A DNA stretch of 64,000 nt from Nitrospinaceae bacterium. GTDB taxonomy: Bacteria; Nitrospinota; Nitrospinia; Nitrospinales; Nitrospinaceae. Under the pieces are notes generated by a model. That model made no database searches, was not told the DNA's origin, and saw only the letters and a program-made list of their open reading frames with translations. Positions 30,987 to 46,029 of the stretch are shown here, in pieces (position 1 is the stretch's first letter; the number at the start of each line of letters is the position of its first letter). A program made the position numbers and the translations under genes. The DNA lies in assembly GCA_965223665.1 (NCBI GenBank), contig OZ245011.1, positions 2,656,001 through 2,720,000 of the forward strand, written 5' to 3'.

Positions 30987-31709
30987 TGGAAAATTCCTCA
31001 ACATCTTTATTTTCCGAAGAAGAGTTACTGCCCATTTCGGCGTTGCAGCATTTGGTGTTTTGCGAGCGCCAGTGGGCGCTCATCCACTTGGAACAGTATT
31101 GGCAGGAGAATCCATTAACTCTGGAAGGCCAGTTCCTGCATCAAAAAACCGATGAAAACCAAACTGAAGTCAAAGGTCCCCTGCGCATTGCGCGGGGGCT
31201 GCGGCTTCGTTCTCTGAAGCTCGGGTTGATTGGCCGTGCCGATGTCGTCGAATTTCATCGCGTTCCATCAGTCGAATAAAAAATTAATGTCCTCAGCCAG
31301 CCTTTCCCTCAAAGGAGCCGCCGGTCTCTGGCAGCCTGTTCCTGTAGAATACAAACGCGGTCGCCCCAAGTTTTTAAATTGCGACAAAGTCCAACTCTGT
31401 GCTCAGGGAATGTGTTTGGAAGAAATGCTGCACGTTTCTATCCCGAAAGGATTTATTTATTACGGTAAAACCCGTAAACGGCTAGAAGTTCCGTTCGACT
31501 CCTCGTTAAGGGAAGAAACCGGAACACTTGCAAAACGCTTGCACGAATACACGCAAAAACAATTCATGCCCAAAGCTCAATATGAAAAAAAATGTGAGAG
31601 TTGCTCCTTACTTGACCACTGCATGCCCAAACAATTAGATCATAAAGGAGAATCCCAAAAATATCTGCAACGGCAAATTCATTCCCTTCAGGAAGACTCA
31701 GGAGAATAA
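30986..31709 (+). pseudogene. cas4: Cas4, one apparent +1 frameshift near 31265
   Basis: ISALQHLVFCERQWALIH, GRADVVEF / PVEYKRG, VQLCAQ, CESCSLLDHC. Confidence 0.9.
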
Positions 31710-31713
31710 CTCA

Positions 31714-32739
31714 ATGAAAAAATTATTGAACACACTTTATATAACGCAGTCGGAAACCTATCTTTCTAAAGAAGGCACAACAATACGAATTGAAAAAAAC
31801 GCCGATCCTCCATTAAAAATTCCCATCCACAATCTGCAAAGCATCATCTGCTTTGGGTCCGCAACGCTTTCGTCTCCATTGCTGGCTTTATGCAGCGAAC
31901 ACAACGTCAGCGTCGCTTTTTACACCGAATGGGGAAAGTTTCAAGCTAGAGTTCATGGTCCCGTTTCCGGGAATGTTTTGTTGCGCCGCGAGCAATACCG
32001 AAGGGCCGATCAAGAATTGTTTTCAACTACCATGGCTCAATCTTTGCTCATCGCAAAAATTGGAAACTCCCGTGTCGTGCTCATGCGCGCCGCACGTGAG
32101 GGAAAAGTTTCGCCCACACCTTTAAAAGAAGCTGCCAACAAATTAGCGGCATTAATTAAAGACATTCCAAACCAAAAAACATTGTCCTCGCTACGTGGCA
32201 GAGAAGGCGAAGCTGCAAAAATATACTTTAATGTATTCGACTCCTTGATCACCAAAAATAAAAATACTTTCTTTTTTAAAGAAAGAAACCGACGTCCTCC
32301 GTTGGACAATGTAAACTCCCTTCTCTCATTTTTATATACCCTGCTAGCGCATGATGTCACCTCTGCATTGGAGGGAGTGGGACTCGACCCTGCAGTAGGG
32401 TTTTTACATCGAGATCGGCCCGGACGCCCTAGCTTGGCCCTGGACCTGATGGAGGAGTTCCGACCTTACTTAGCGGATCGATTGGCTTTGGCACTGATCA
32501 ATCTCCAACAAGTACAACCCAAAGGATTTCGAAAAACCGAGACCGGAGCCATTCTAATGGACGATGAAACCCGAAAGACCGTTTTAGTGGCTTATCAAAA
32601 ACGAAAGCAAGAAGAAATTAAGCATCCCTTTCTAGGCGAAAAAGTAGCAGTGGGTTTGTTACCACACATTCAGGCTCAGTTATTAGCCAGACATTTACGC
32701 GGCGACTTGGATGTGTATCCGCCGTTTTTTTGGAAATGA
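31714..32739 (+). CDS. cas1: Type I-C Cas1
   Basis: MKKLLNTLYIT, GNVLLRREQYR, LRGREGEAAKIYF, RNRRPPLDNVNSLLSFLY, LALDLMEEFR. Confidence 0.98.
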   Translation: MKKLLNTLYITQSETYLSKEGTTIRIEKNADPPLKIPIHNLQSIICFGSATLSSPLLALCSEHNVSVAFYTEWGKFQARVHGPVSGNVLLRREQYRRADQELFSTTMAQSLLIAKIGNSRVVLMRAAREGKVSPTPLKEAANKLAALIKDIPNQKTLSSLRGREGEAAKIYFNVFDSLITKNKNTFFFKERNRRPPLDNVNSLLSFLYTLLAHDVTSALEGVGLDPAVGFLHRDRPGRPSLALDLMEEFRPYLADRLALALINLQQVQPKGFRKTETGAILMDDETRKTVLVAYQKRKQEEIKHPFLGEKVAVGLLPHIQAQLLARHLRGDLDVYPPFFWK

Positions 32740-32773
32740 TTATGAAAACTGTGCCCAAAAAGGAAACTGCCCA

Positions 32774-33064
32774 ATGATGGTTCTAGTCACTTACGATGTC
32801 AATACTGAAACAACAGCAGGAAGAAAACGGTTGCGCCGCGTTGCCAAAACCTGTGAAAACTATGGCCAACGAGTCCAACACTCCGTTTTCGAATGCCTGG
32901 TCGACCCCACACAATGGACACAACTCAGCCATACATTAGTGAATGAAATAGACAAGAAAAAGGACAGCTTACGCTTTTACTATTTAGGAAAAAACTGGGA
33001 ACGCCGTGTAGAGCATATCGGAGCAAAACCAACTTATAACCCGGAGGGACCCTTAATAATATAA
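32774..33064 (+). CDS. cas2: Cas2
   Basis: MMVLVTYDV, RLRRVAKTCENYGQRVQHSVFEC, DSLRFYYLG. Confidence 0.97.
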   Translation: MMVLVTYDVNTETTAGRKRLRRVAKTCENYGQRVQHSVFECLVDPTQWTQLSHTLVNEIDKKKDSLRFYYLGKNWERRVEHIGAKPTYNPEGPLII

Positions 33065-33245
33065 TCGAGCGCGAACCCCTAATGAGGGTCAAAAGCCTAC
33101 TAGGTTCGCGGATAATTAAACTCTTTGAAAAAAAAGGTGAAAATATCGATAATTTTTAAACAATAGAAATAATTGAAAGGTGAAAACGAAGTTAGCGAAA
33201 AAGGAGGATAAAGCCGAAAATAATCAAAAGCTTAGGTATTATACT
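33065..33245 (+). promoter_or_regulatory. CRISPR leader
   Basis: AT-rich, between cas2 and first repeat; inverted motif CGCGAACC (33070) / GGTTCGCG (33103) as seen in I-C leaders. Confidence 0.8.
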
Positions 33246-38416
<5,171 letters not shown>

Positions 38417-38683
38417 TGACCTTATCGGAATTTGGTTTTATATTATTTTCAGGATTGCTTTGACCACCGCCCGTATTCCTGTTTGAGGATGTAATGCTGT
38501 TCTGACCGAATTTTAACTCCTCGGGATTTGCAGGGTGAGGTGGGCCGCTGGATTCGGATGCGGCGGATTGGGTAGCGGGGCCTCTTCTTAGAAGCAATCT
38601 CAACTTACCCTCTTTCTCCAAATTCAAAACATTAATTCAGGTTTTTGCCAAGACATTTTGGACCTCATAAAACACGCTTCCTT

Positions 38684-39892
38684 TTATGTTTGTTTCGATA
38701 GATAATTAAATTCAAGGTCAACTTTAATTTTATCTAAATAATCCGCCCAGTCTTGCATCATCTTTTTACGTTCGGGGAGGTGGGCGGTGCGGTTATAGGC
38801 GCGTCCGTTGGGATCGCGTACGGCGTGGGCGAGTTGGTGCTCGATAAAATCGGGACGAACGCCTAACACCTCGTCTAGTATGGTTCGGGCCATTGCCCGA
38901 AATCCGTGACCACTCATTTCTTCTTTTCCAATTCCCATCCTTCGCATCGCCGCTAAAATCGCATTATCGCTCATCGGTCTGTCTTTACTCCGCGTACCTG
39001 GAAAAACAAAACGACCATTTCCCGTAAGAGGTTTTAATTCTCTCAAAATTTCCAAAGCTTGTCTGGATAATGGAACAATATGTTGTGATCTAGTTTTGGT
39101 CACCATGAAACGCCACTCTGCTTTTTCTAAATCTATGTCTGCCCATTCTGCTTTGCGAAGTTCCCCTGGTCTCACGAACACCAACGGAGCAAGCCGCAAT
39201 GCACAACGGACAATGAGAGAACCTTCATAACCATCCATCACTCGCAAAAGTTTTGCCACTTCTCCGGGTTCAGTCACCGCGGGAAAATGACCTCCTTTCA
39301 CAGGAGTCAATGCTCCACGAAGATCACGAGTGGGATCACTTTCCGCCCGTCCTGTAGCCACAGCATAACGAAAGACTTGACCGCAATTTCCTAATGCACG
39401 GTGCGCGGTTTCTATGGCTCCGCGTTTTTCGATACGTTGAATGACAGTGAGAATTTCCGGGGGTTTTAGTTTTCCAATTGAAGTTTCCCCAATCCAGGGA
39501 AAGATATCTTTTTCAAAACGACGGATAATTCGACTGCCGTGGTCCGGTGCCCAGTTACTGGAATATTTAGAAAACCATTCCCTCGCCACCACTTCAAAAC
39601 TGTTTTTTCCATCAGCCCCGGAGGCCTTTTGGGCTTTCCGGTACTCGCTAGGATCAATGCCATTGGCGACTAGCTTCCGGGCCTCATCCCGTCGCTCCCG
39701 CGCATCCTTTAAACTCACATCAGGAAACACCCCAAGAGATAACTGCTTTTCCTTACCATTGAATCTGTATTTCAATCTCCACCACTTCCCCCCTGAAGGA
39801 GAAATAAAAAGCAACAATCCCCGCTCATCATAGAGTTTATATGATTTTTTTCCAGGCATGGCTTTTCGAACAGCAATATTCGTCAGAGGCAT
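38684..39892 (-). CDS. P4-like tyrosine integrase with N-terminal Arm DNA-binding domain
   Basis: DERGLLL...GGKWWRLKYRFNGKEKQLSLGVFPDVSL; catalytic R (VRPGELR), HGFR, QLAH, AYNR. Confidence 0.95.
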   Translation of the reverse strand: MPLTNIAVRKAMPGKKSYKLYDERGLLLFISPSGGKWWRLKYRFNGKEKQLSLGVFPDVSLKDARERRDEARKLVANGIDPSEYRKAQKASGADGKNSFEVVAREWFSKYSSNWAPDHGSRIIRRFEKDIFPWIGETSIGKLKPPEILTVIQRIEKRGAIETAHRALGNCGQVFRYAVATGRAESDPTRDLRGALTPVKGGHFPAVTEPGEVAKLLRVMDGYEGSLIVRCALRLAPLVFVRPGELRKAEWADIDLEKAEWRFMVTKTRSQHIVPLSRQALEILRELKPLTGNGRFVFPGTRSKDRPMSDNAILAAMRRMGIGKEEMSGHGFRAMARTILDEVLGVRPDFIEHQLAHAVRDPNGRAYNRTAHLPERKKMMQDWADYLDKIKVDLEFNYLSKQT

Positions 39893-40359
39893 GAAGTCTC
39901 CTTGGAGTTAACCGCTTTTGTGGCATCCAAAAAAGTACGAAGCTCTAAAGTTTCTGCAGGAGTTAAAATCACACAGCGTTTACCCATTCGAAAGGAAAGC
40001 GCCCCGTCGTTATCGATAGCAAATCGAGTTTCTGCCATTTGCCTATCTTCTTCAGCACGTCTGGCCTCACGTTCCATTTTCACATGTTCACTAGGATTAA
40101 TCCCTTCCTTCAAAAGAGTTAGAAAAAAATCTCTTTTTTCCCTAGCTTCATCAAGTGATACCTCAGGGTAGATACCAAGCGAAAGCAATTTTTCCTTATT
40201 TCCATACCGATACCTGAACCGCCACAATTTCCTTCCCACAGGAGGAATCATTAGATAAAGGCCCCCTGAATCAAAAATTTTGTACGGTCTATTTGTCCGA
40301 TGACCCTTGGAATTAATTCCCGGTAGGGAAGCTTCAATGATTTCAGTGGTTAATGACAT
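39883..40359 (-). CDS. Stand-alone Arm DNA-binding domain (DUF4102-like) protein
   Basis: DSGGLYLMIPPVGRKLWRFRYRYGNKEKLLSLGIYPEVSLDEAR; no catalytic domain; overlaps integrase start. Confidence 0.8.
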   Translation of the reverse strand: MSLTTEIIEASLPGINSKGHRTNRPYKIFDSGGLYLMIPPVGRKLWRFRYRYGNKEKLLSLGIYPEVSLDEAREKRDFFLTLLKEGINPSEHVKMEREARRAEEDRQMAETRFAIDNDGALSFRMGKRCVILTPAETLELRTFLDATKAVNSKETSCL

Positions 40360-40414
40360 AATTGGGGCAACTCCATTTCCCAGCTTGGGGGAACCCTGAT
40401 AGTTCCCCCCAAAA
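40360..40414. promoter_or_regulatory. Integrase arm-type sites (attL side)
   Basis: AATTGGGGCAAC, TTGGGGGAAC, GTTCCCCCCAAAA; reverse complement matches TTGCCCCTAA at 8031 and 18969. Confidence 0.55.
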
Positions 40415-40467
40415 TTACTAGGATTTCATGAAACAATATTATCTCTTATCAGACTCAAATGCAATAA

Positions 40468-40493
40468 AAAACCCCTATTTTACTAGGGGTTTT
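40468..40493 (-). terminator. Terminator downstream of tmRNA
   Basis: AAAACCCCTA-TTTTAC-TAGGGGTTTT hairpin. Confidence 0.75.
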
Positions 40494-40524
40494 GGACTTC
40501 TTTGGATTTTATTGGATTAAATTT

Positions 40525-40883
40525 TGGTGGAGGCGGGGGGAATTGAACCCCCGTCCGAAAGTCTTCCACGAAAAGTCTCTACATGCTTATCCTGCGATTT
40601 GAATCTCGTCCAAGCTAACTCCCACAGGCAGGATTCCACTTGAACCAGTCTCTAAAAATTCGCTCTAAACTCCCGAGACAAAAAGCCAAGAACTAGTCCG
40701 CAAAAATGACGTCCCTCTCGGCCCCGCGAACAAAAACCGAGTGGACGGTAGCGGGTTTATTAAGCCGCTACTGCTACTTCATAATCGTTGGCGATTATGT
40801 AATATGCCGTTTTTTAACGGGCCAACGGCGTCCCGTGCATGCAACCTTTGCTTCTTTACTCCCGTCGAACCCAAATCGCCCCC
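40525..40883 (-). ncRNA. ssrA: tmRNA; tag peptide ANDYEVAVAA**
   Basis: 5' GGGGGCGATTTGGGTTCGAC, 3' GGTTCAATTCCCCCCGCCTCCACCA with G:U acceptor stem; tag ORF 40757-40792. Confidence 0.97.
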
Positions 40884-41077
40884 AATGGGGATTTTCTTTG
40901 GTATGAAAGGTCTTATAATCATAATATCATTTCCACAGATAACTTGCCAATTTGCGGTACTTCCGACAGGTAATTCTCAAGGAAAACATCGAAAATACCG
41001 TTGATTCTATGAGAGATACCTTAAACCAAAGATAAACAAACTTCCCGTTTTTTTCAGGGAGTTGCTTCGCAAATTCA

Positions 41078-42277
41078 TTGAATATTCTCACTTTACAATA
41101 CTTTTCCTTCCCAGATGCAATGGGTGGTGCCTGGCGCTATTCCTTTGAAGTAGCTCGTGGATTGGCCGATCGCGGTCATTCAGTCCATCTCATCACATGC
41201 AAACCGGAAGATGGATTAAGCGACCTTGAAGTCATCGATGGTGTGAGTTTTTACCGAATTAAAACCAAAGCAAGACAAAACATTTTCTCGTTATTTCGGG
41301 AATTAAGAAAAAAAGTGAAGACCATTACAAAGCACACCAGGATCGATCTTATCCATATTCATAATCCTTTAGTGGGTTTTCTTGTGGACCTTATCCCTAT
41401 GCTATGGGGAGTGCCCCGAGTTTATCACTTTCATAGCCTTTGGAACGATGAGGAAAAATATAATTTTAAAGGATCCTCTTATTCGATGAGTCAAAAATTC
41501 CGTCTGTTAATGATTCAACTCATTGAGTGGCATAGTTTTTTTTGGAGTCGGGCTGTCTTGTTTTTGAGTAATTACAGCAAAAAACGATTTAACAAATTTT
41601 ATCCATTTGGGAAAAGCAAATCCATGGTTGTTCAAGGGGGAGTCGATACAAAACGATTTTCTCCATTAAACGGCAAACAAACAAAAGGAAATTTAAGAAA
41701 AGATTTTAAAATCTTAGTTACCCCATTTACATTTCTTACGGTAAGACGATTAGAAGCAAGGATGGGATTAGACAATTTAATTCGAGCGGTTTCCCACCTT
41801 AAAAAACGCATTCCTAAAAAAAAATTCCAAGTGTTAATAGTGGGTTCAGGTTCATTAAAAAATTCATTGCTATCTCTGATTAAGGAGCTTGAGTTGGAAA
41901 GGCAGATAAAATTATGCGGAAAAGTTCCAGATTCTCAGCTTCCAAAATACTACCAGGCGGCAGACTTTTTTATATTGCCCACTTTAGCTATTGAAGGTTT
42001 TGGGCTTGCAACAGCGGAGGCTCTTTCTTCCGGTTTGCCAGCTTTGGGGACTCCCGTGGGTGCCACTCCTGAATTATTAGAACCCATTAACCCCCAATTG
42101 ATCTTCAAGGGGACGCAACCTGAAGATTTAGCGTCAGGAATGGAAACCGTTTTAAAAAATCCGAAACAGTTTACATCGATGTCCAAAAAGTGCAGAACTA
42201 TTGCAGTAAAAAATTATGGATGGGATACGGTAGTGGATAAAATCGAATCTGAATTTAAAAGGATAATGGCAAAGTGA
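41078..42277 (+). CDS. GT4 family glycosyltransferase
   Basis: GGAWRY, GVDTKRF, VRRLEARMGL, EGFGLATAEALSSGLP. Confidence 0.9.
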   Translation: MNILTLQYFSFPDAMGGAWRYSFEVARGLADRGHSVHLITCKPEDGLSDLEVIDGVSFYRIKTKARQNIFSLFRELRKKVKTITKHTRIDLIHIHNPLVGFLVDLIPMLWGVPRVYHFHSLWNDEEKYNFKGSSYSMSQKFRLLMIQLIEWHSFFWSRAVLFLSNYSKKRFNKFYPFGKSKSMVVQGGVDTKRFSPLNGKQTKGNLRKDFKILVTPFTFLTVRRLEARMGLDNLIRAVSHLKKRIPKKKFQVLIVGSGSLKNSLLSLIKELELERQIKLCGKVPDSQLPKYYQAADFFILPTLAIEGFGLATAEALSSGLPALGTPVGATPELLEPINPQLIFKGTQPEDLASGMETVLKNPKQFTSMSKKCRTIAVKNYGWDTVVDKIESEFKRIMAK

Positions 42278-44337
42278 AAAAAGCAATGCCATATTTAATC
42301 CTGACCTTAGCTATTGGGGCTCTCTATGGAAATACCCTATCACATTCATTTCATTACGATGATTTCCCATCGATATTGGAGAAACCCTGGATTCGCGGTT
42401 TGGATAAAATCCCCACCTTTATCACCAACATTTCAATCCGCCCTGTTGTAATTTTTACATTCAATCTGAATTATGCAATCAGTGAGTTTGAAGTTTGGAG
42501 TTATCATCTTTTCAATATATTGATTCACTTAGCGGTGGTTTTACTGATTTACCTTTTTACTAAGTTGATGGTTAATTTCCTTCACAGAACACAACCCAGT
42601 TTTCCATGGACATGGAAAAACGTGCCATTTATAGCTTCTTTCATATTTGCTATTCATCCCCTAAATACACAAGCTGTTACGTATATTTCGGGGCGTTCTT
42701 CTTTATTGGCTACAGTGTTCTTTTTAGCCACTTGTATATTATTTTTTAAAGGGTTTCCAAATAACCCTCAATCAAAAGAAAACTTTTCATTAAATCCTTC
42801 TACACTTAAATCCACTCTTTACTTTTTTTCCGCGATGGTTTGCTTAATTCTTGGGGGACTATCGAAGATAATTGTGATCACTTTGCCGGCTATTTTATTT
42901 CTTTGCCACTTCTATTTTTATTCGGAAAAAACTTTTCGTAATTGGATAACCACAGCTTATGTGCCCATCCTACTGATTGCCATGCCAATGGCTGCGTTTA
43001 TTGCTTATCGTTTTTTTTCAAAAGGTGGCATTCTACCTACAGGACCTACAGAGTTTTCCGCTTCCACTTATTTTTTAACTCAAACTTTTGTCATTCCTTT
43101 TGAGTATTTTTGGAAAATGCTCTTTCCCATCAATCAAAGCATTGAAGTGCATTACCCTATTATTTCAAATTGGAGTACCATCACGAACTATATTGGGTTG
43201 AGTGTATTAGGTATATTTGTAGCTATAACTTTTTGGGTATCTTCAATTTCAAGATTAGCAGGTTTCGGGTTGATGTGGATGTTCGTTACTGTTTTGCCAA
43301 CATCCAGTTTTGTTCCACTGCTTGATGTGGCTGTGGAGCATCGAACTTATTTACCCTTAATTGGTTTCTCTATTTTCTTTGCCACAACTATTAATGGAAT
43401 CATTCAAATTTTTAAAAACTCAGCTTTGAAGCGAAATTTTGCTTACGGATTTTGCGGATTTTTAGGAATTTGCATGGCGACATTACTGGTTCACCGAAAT
43501 TCAGTATGGAAAGATGATGTTTCCTTGTGGACAGATGCCAGAAGAAAAGCCCCACGGTTGGTTCGAGTGTACAACAATCTCGGAGAAGCTTACGATAAGT
43601 TAAGCCGATACCCGGAAGCTATTGAAGAATTTCAAGCCGCCTTAAAATTAGATCCCAATTACGTTTTTGCTTTAAATAATTTAGGAAACATTTATGGAAA
43701 AATGAATTACTTTAGTAAGGCTATTCCCTATTTCAAAAAAGTGATATCCATAAAAGAGAGATATGCCCCGGCACATTACAATTTGGCCAGAGCTTATCAA
43801 TCAACGAATCAAAATGAAAAGGCTCTAATTCATTACAGGAAAGCAATAGATATCATCCCGCACTTCGAGCAGGCCATTTACAACTATGCGCTACTTGCAA
43901 TACAGATCAAAAAACCAAAAATTGCAGTGGAATACTTTTATAAGTTTATTGAATTACAACCAAACAATGTAAGAGGATATTTTGGATTAGGAAATGCATA
44001 CGCCTATTCAAATCAGTTTGATCAAGCAATACAAATATTTAAAAAAGGAATTGAAATCGACCCGAATTACTTATTAACATATGTTAATTTGGCCACAGCT
44101 CAAATGCAGTCAGGAAAAATCAAAGAGGCCATATCTACCTATCAGCAAATTCTAAATAAAAACCCCGGTATTGCCGGTGTGCATAAAAATTTAGGTTTAA
44201 TTTATGCGCAACACCAACCCAACATCCAAAAAGCCATTTATCATTTTGAAAAATCCCTGCACTTGGATCCTAAACAACCAGAAGCCCCTATTATTCAAAA
44301 TGTATTATTGGAAATGAAAAACCAACCCAAACAATAA
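42274..44337 (+). CDS. TMTC-like multi-TM GT-C protein with TPR repeats
   Basis: FHYDD, YHLFNILIH, FAIHPLNTQAVTYISGRSSLL, EHRTYLP, RNSVWKDDVSLW, ~8 TPRs. Confidence 0.8.
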   Translation: MKKAMPYLILTLAIGALYGNTLSHSFHYDDFPSILEKPWIRGLDKIPTFITNISIRPVVIFTFNLNYAISEFEVWSYHLFNILIHLAVVLLIYLFTKLMVNFLHRTQPSFPWTWKNVPFIASFIFAIHPLNTQAVTYISGRSSLLATVFFLATCILFFKGFPNNPQSKENFSLNPSTLKSTLYFFSAMVCLILGGLSKIIVITLPAILFLCHFYFYSEKTFRNWITTAYVPILLIAMPMAAFIAYRFFSKGGILPTGPTEFSASTYFLTQTFVIPFEYFWKMLFPINQSIEVHYPIISNWSTITNYIGLSVLGIFVAITFWVSSISRLAGFGLMWMFVTVLPTSSFVPLLDVAVEHRTYLPLIGFSIFFATTINGIIQIFKNSALKRNFAYGFCGFLGICMATLLVHRNSVWKDDVSLWTDARRKAPRLVRVYNNLGEAYDKLSRYPEAIEEFQAALKLDPNYVFALNNLGNIYGKMNYFSKAIPYFKKVISIKERYAPAHYNLARAYQSTNQNEKALIHYRKAIDIIPHFEQAIYNYALLAIQIKKPKIAVEYFYKFIELQPNNVRGYFGLGNAYAYSNQFDQAIQIFKKGIEIDPNYLLTYVNLATAQMQSGKIKEAISTYQQILNKNPGIAGVHKNLGLIYAQHQPNIQKAIYHFEKSLHLDPKQPEAPIIQNVLLEMKNQPKQ

Positions 44338-44399
44338 TCTTAAACCCATAAACAAAGTTCATTGAGAAAAATACGGAAAAAAAGTGTTTTCAAAATTCT

Positions 44400-45167
44400 C
44401 TAAGGCGTGAATCGTGTAAATTTACTTTCCAACCAGTTGACTCCTTTTGCCAAAAGAAGAGTAAGGAACAAATAGACCAGGGCAATATAGGTGTAGGTTT
44501 CAAAATAGTTAAAATGTTTGGTCACATATTCATTACCTACTCTCAAAATATCTGAAATTGCTAAAACAGAAATCAAACTTGTATCCTTTAACATTCCCAA
44601 AGTTTGGTTTCCAATAGCTGGAATAATAGTCCTCAACGCTTGCGGGAAAACGATTTTAACCATTACTTGTTTTGAGGTCATCCCTAAACTCCGGGCTGCT
44701 TCGCCCTGTTCTTTGGGAATAGCTTCAATTCCTGCTCTGAAAACATCTGACATATAAGCTCCATAGCTCAATCCAAAACCAAGAATCGCCGCCATGAGCT
44801 TTGGAATTTGAATTAACTCCCCCAGCGCATAATATAAGTAAAACAGGAGCACCAGAAGCGGCATCCCCCGTAAAACTTCGGTATAAAGAGAAGCCGAAAA
44901 CCGGACTTCCTTCCTGGAGGACATTTTTCCCAAGCCTACAAATATTCCAATTAATATCGCAAAAAAACTTCCAGAAAGAGTCACTCCCAAAGTATATCCA
45001 ATCCCAATGGGCAATACTTTTAGCAAACCTAAATAACCGGCAGATTCATCTTTTAATAGAAAAGATTCTTTAGCTGGTAGATAGATCAAAAGAAAAAAAC
45101 TAACTAAAATTAAAATGTTCCAGGCAATGGAAGAATGAGTTGAAGTGGTTTTTTTCGAAGATTTCAT
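44400..45167 (-). CDS. Polar amino acid ABC permease
   Basis: RGMPLLVLLF, YGAYMSDVFRAGIEAIPKEQGEAARSLG, LKDTSL. Confidence 0.9.
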   Translation of the reverse strand: MKSSKKTTSTHSSIAWNILILVSFFLLIYLPAKESFLLKDESAGYLGLLKVLPIGIGYTLGVTLSGSFFAILIGIFVGLGKMSSRKEVRFSASLYTEVLRGMPLLVLLFYLYYALGELIQIPKLMAAILGFGLSYGAYMSDVFRAGIEAIPKEQGEAARSLGMTSKQVMVKIVFPQALRTIIPAIGNQTLGMLKDTSLISVLAISDILRVGNEYVTKHFNYFETYTYIALVYLFLTLLLAKGVNWLESKFTRFTP

Positions 45168-45198
45168 TTTTATAAAAATGCTGGGAGGGAAAAATTTT

Positions 45199-46029
45199 TT
45201 AAGATTTGGGCTGATTTTTTGGGACCATAGCGGCACGACCCAATTCCCATTTCGTGTGCAAGTCCTGCACAGTTCCATTCTGAATCAATTTACCCAATGC
45301 TTTGTCGATGGATTTTAAAAGAAGATTGTCCTTTTTTCTAACAGCAATCCCATAATACTCATTTGTCAAAATATCTCCCACCATTTTAATTTTTTTAAAA
45401 ATCGCATTTTCATTTTTCTTATAATAAAGAGTCCCTGTACTTTCTCCTAATACGGCATCCACTTCTCCTTTAATTAAATCCTGAATAGCGTGACCGTACT
45501 GTTCGTACCCAACACTGCGAACCCCTGAATGATCCTTTAAATAGAAATAAGCTGTTGTTCCACGTTGAGCGGCCACCAACAGGTTTTTCTCCTGCAAATC
45601 TTTCATTGTTGATATCCCCTCGCTATCCAGACGGACAACAATGGAAAGACCACTTTTTAAATACGGAATGGAAAATGCCATTTTTTCTTTACGTTCTTTT
45701 AAAATGGTAATTGAGCTAATTGCTGCATTATATTTTTGGGTTAACAATCCCCCCAAAAGACCAGCCCACTCTACATTTACAATTTCCAGTCCTACCCCCA
45801 TTTCCTTTGCAATGGCAGTAATTAAATCTTTTTCAAATCCATCAATTTTATTTTGGTCATTTATAAAAGACATGGGAACAAGAGTGGCATCGGTAGCAAC
45901 AACAATTTTATCAGGCAATTCTTGAGAACCGGGACCGCAACCCATTAACCCTATTAATCCAGTAATCAAAAAAACAAAAAAGTAATTCAACAAGGGTTCA
46001 ATTTGATAAAAATGTTTTGGCATTTTCAA
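45199..46029 (-). CDS. Polar amino acid ABC substrate-binding protein
   Basis: GFEKDL, ITILKERKEKMAFSIPY, QRGTT, YGIAVRK. Confidence 0.88.
   Translation of the reverse strand: MKMPKHFYQIEPLLNYFFVFLITGLIGLMGCGPGSQELPDKIVVATDATLVPMSFINDQNKIDGFEKDLITAIAKEMGVGLEIVNVEWAGLLGGLLTQKYNAAISSITILKERKEKMAFSIPYLKSGLSIVVRLDSEGISTMKDLQEKNLLVAAQRGTTAYFYLKDHSGVRSVGYEQYGHAIQDLIKGEVDAVLGESTGTLYYKKNENAIFKKIKMVGDILTNEYYGIAVRKKDNLLLKSIDKALGKLIQNGTVQDLHTKWELGRAAMVPKNQPKS

Noticed and set aside
40706-41004. Plus-strand ORFs over the tmRNA
   Set aside because: Antisense to ssrA, no recognisable motifs
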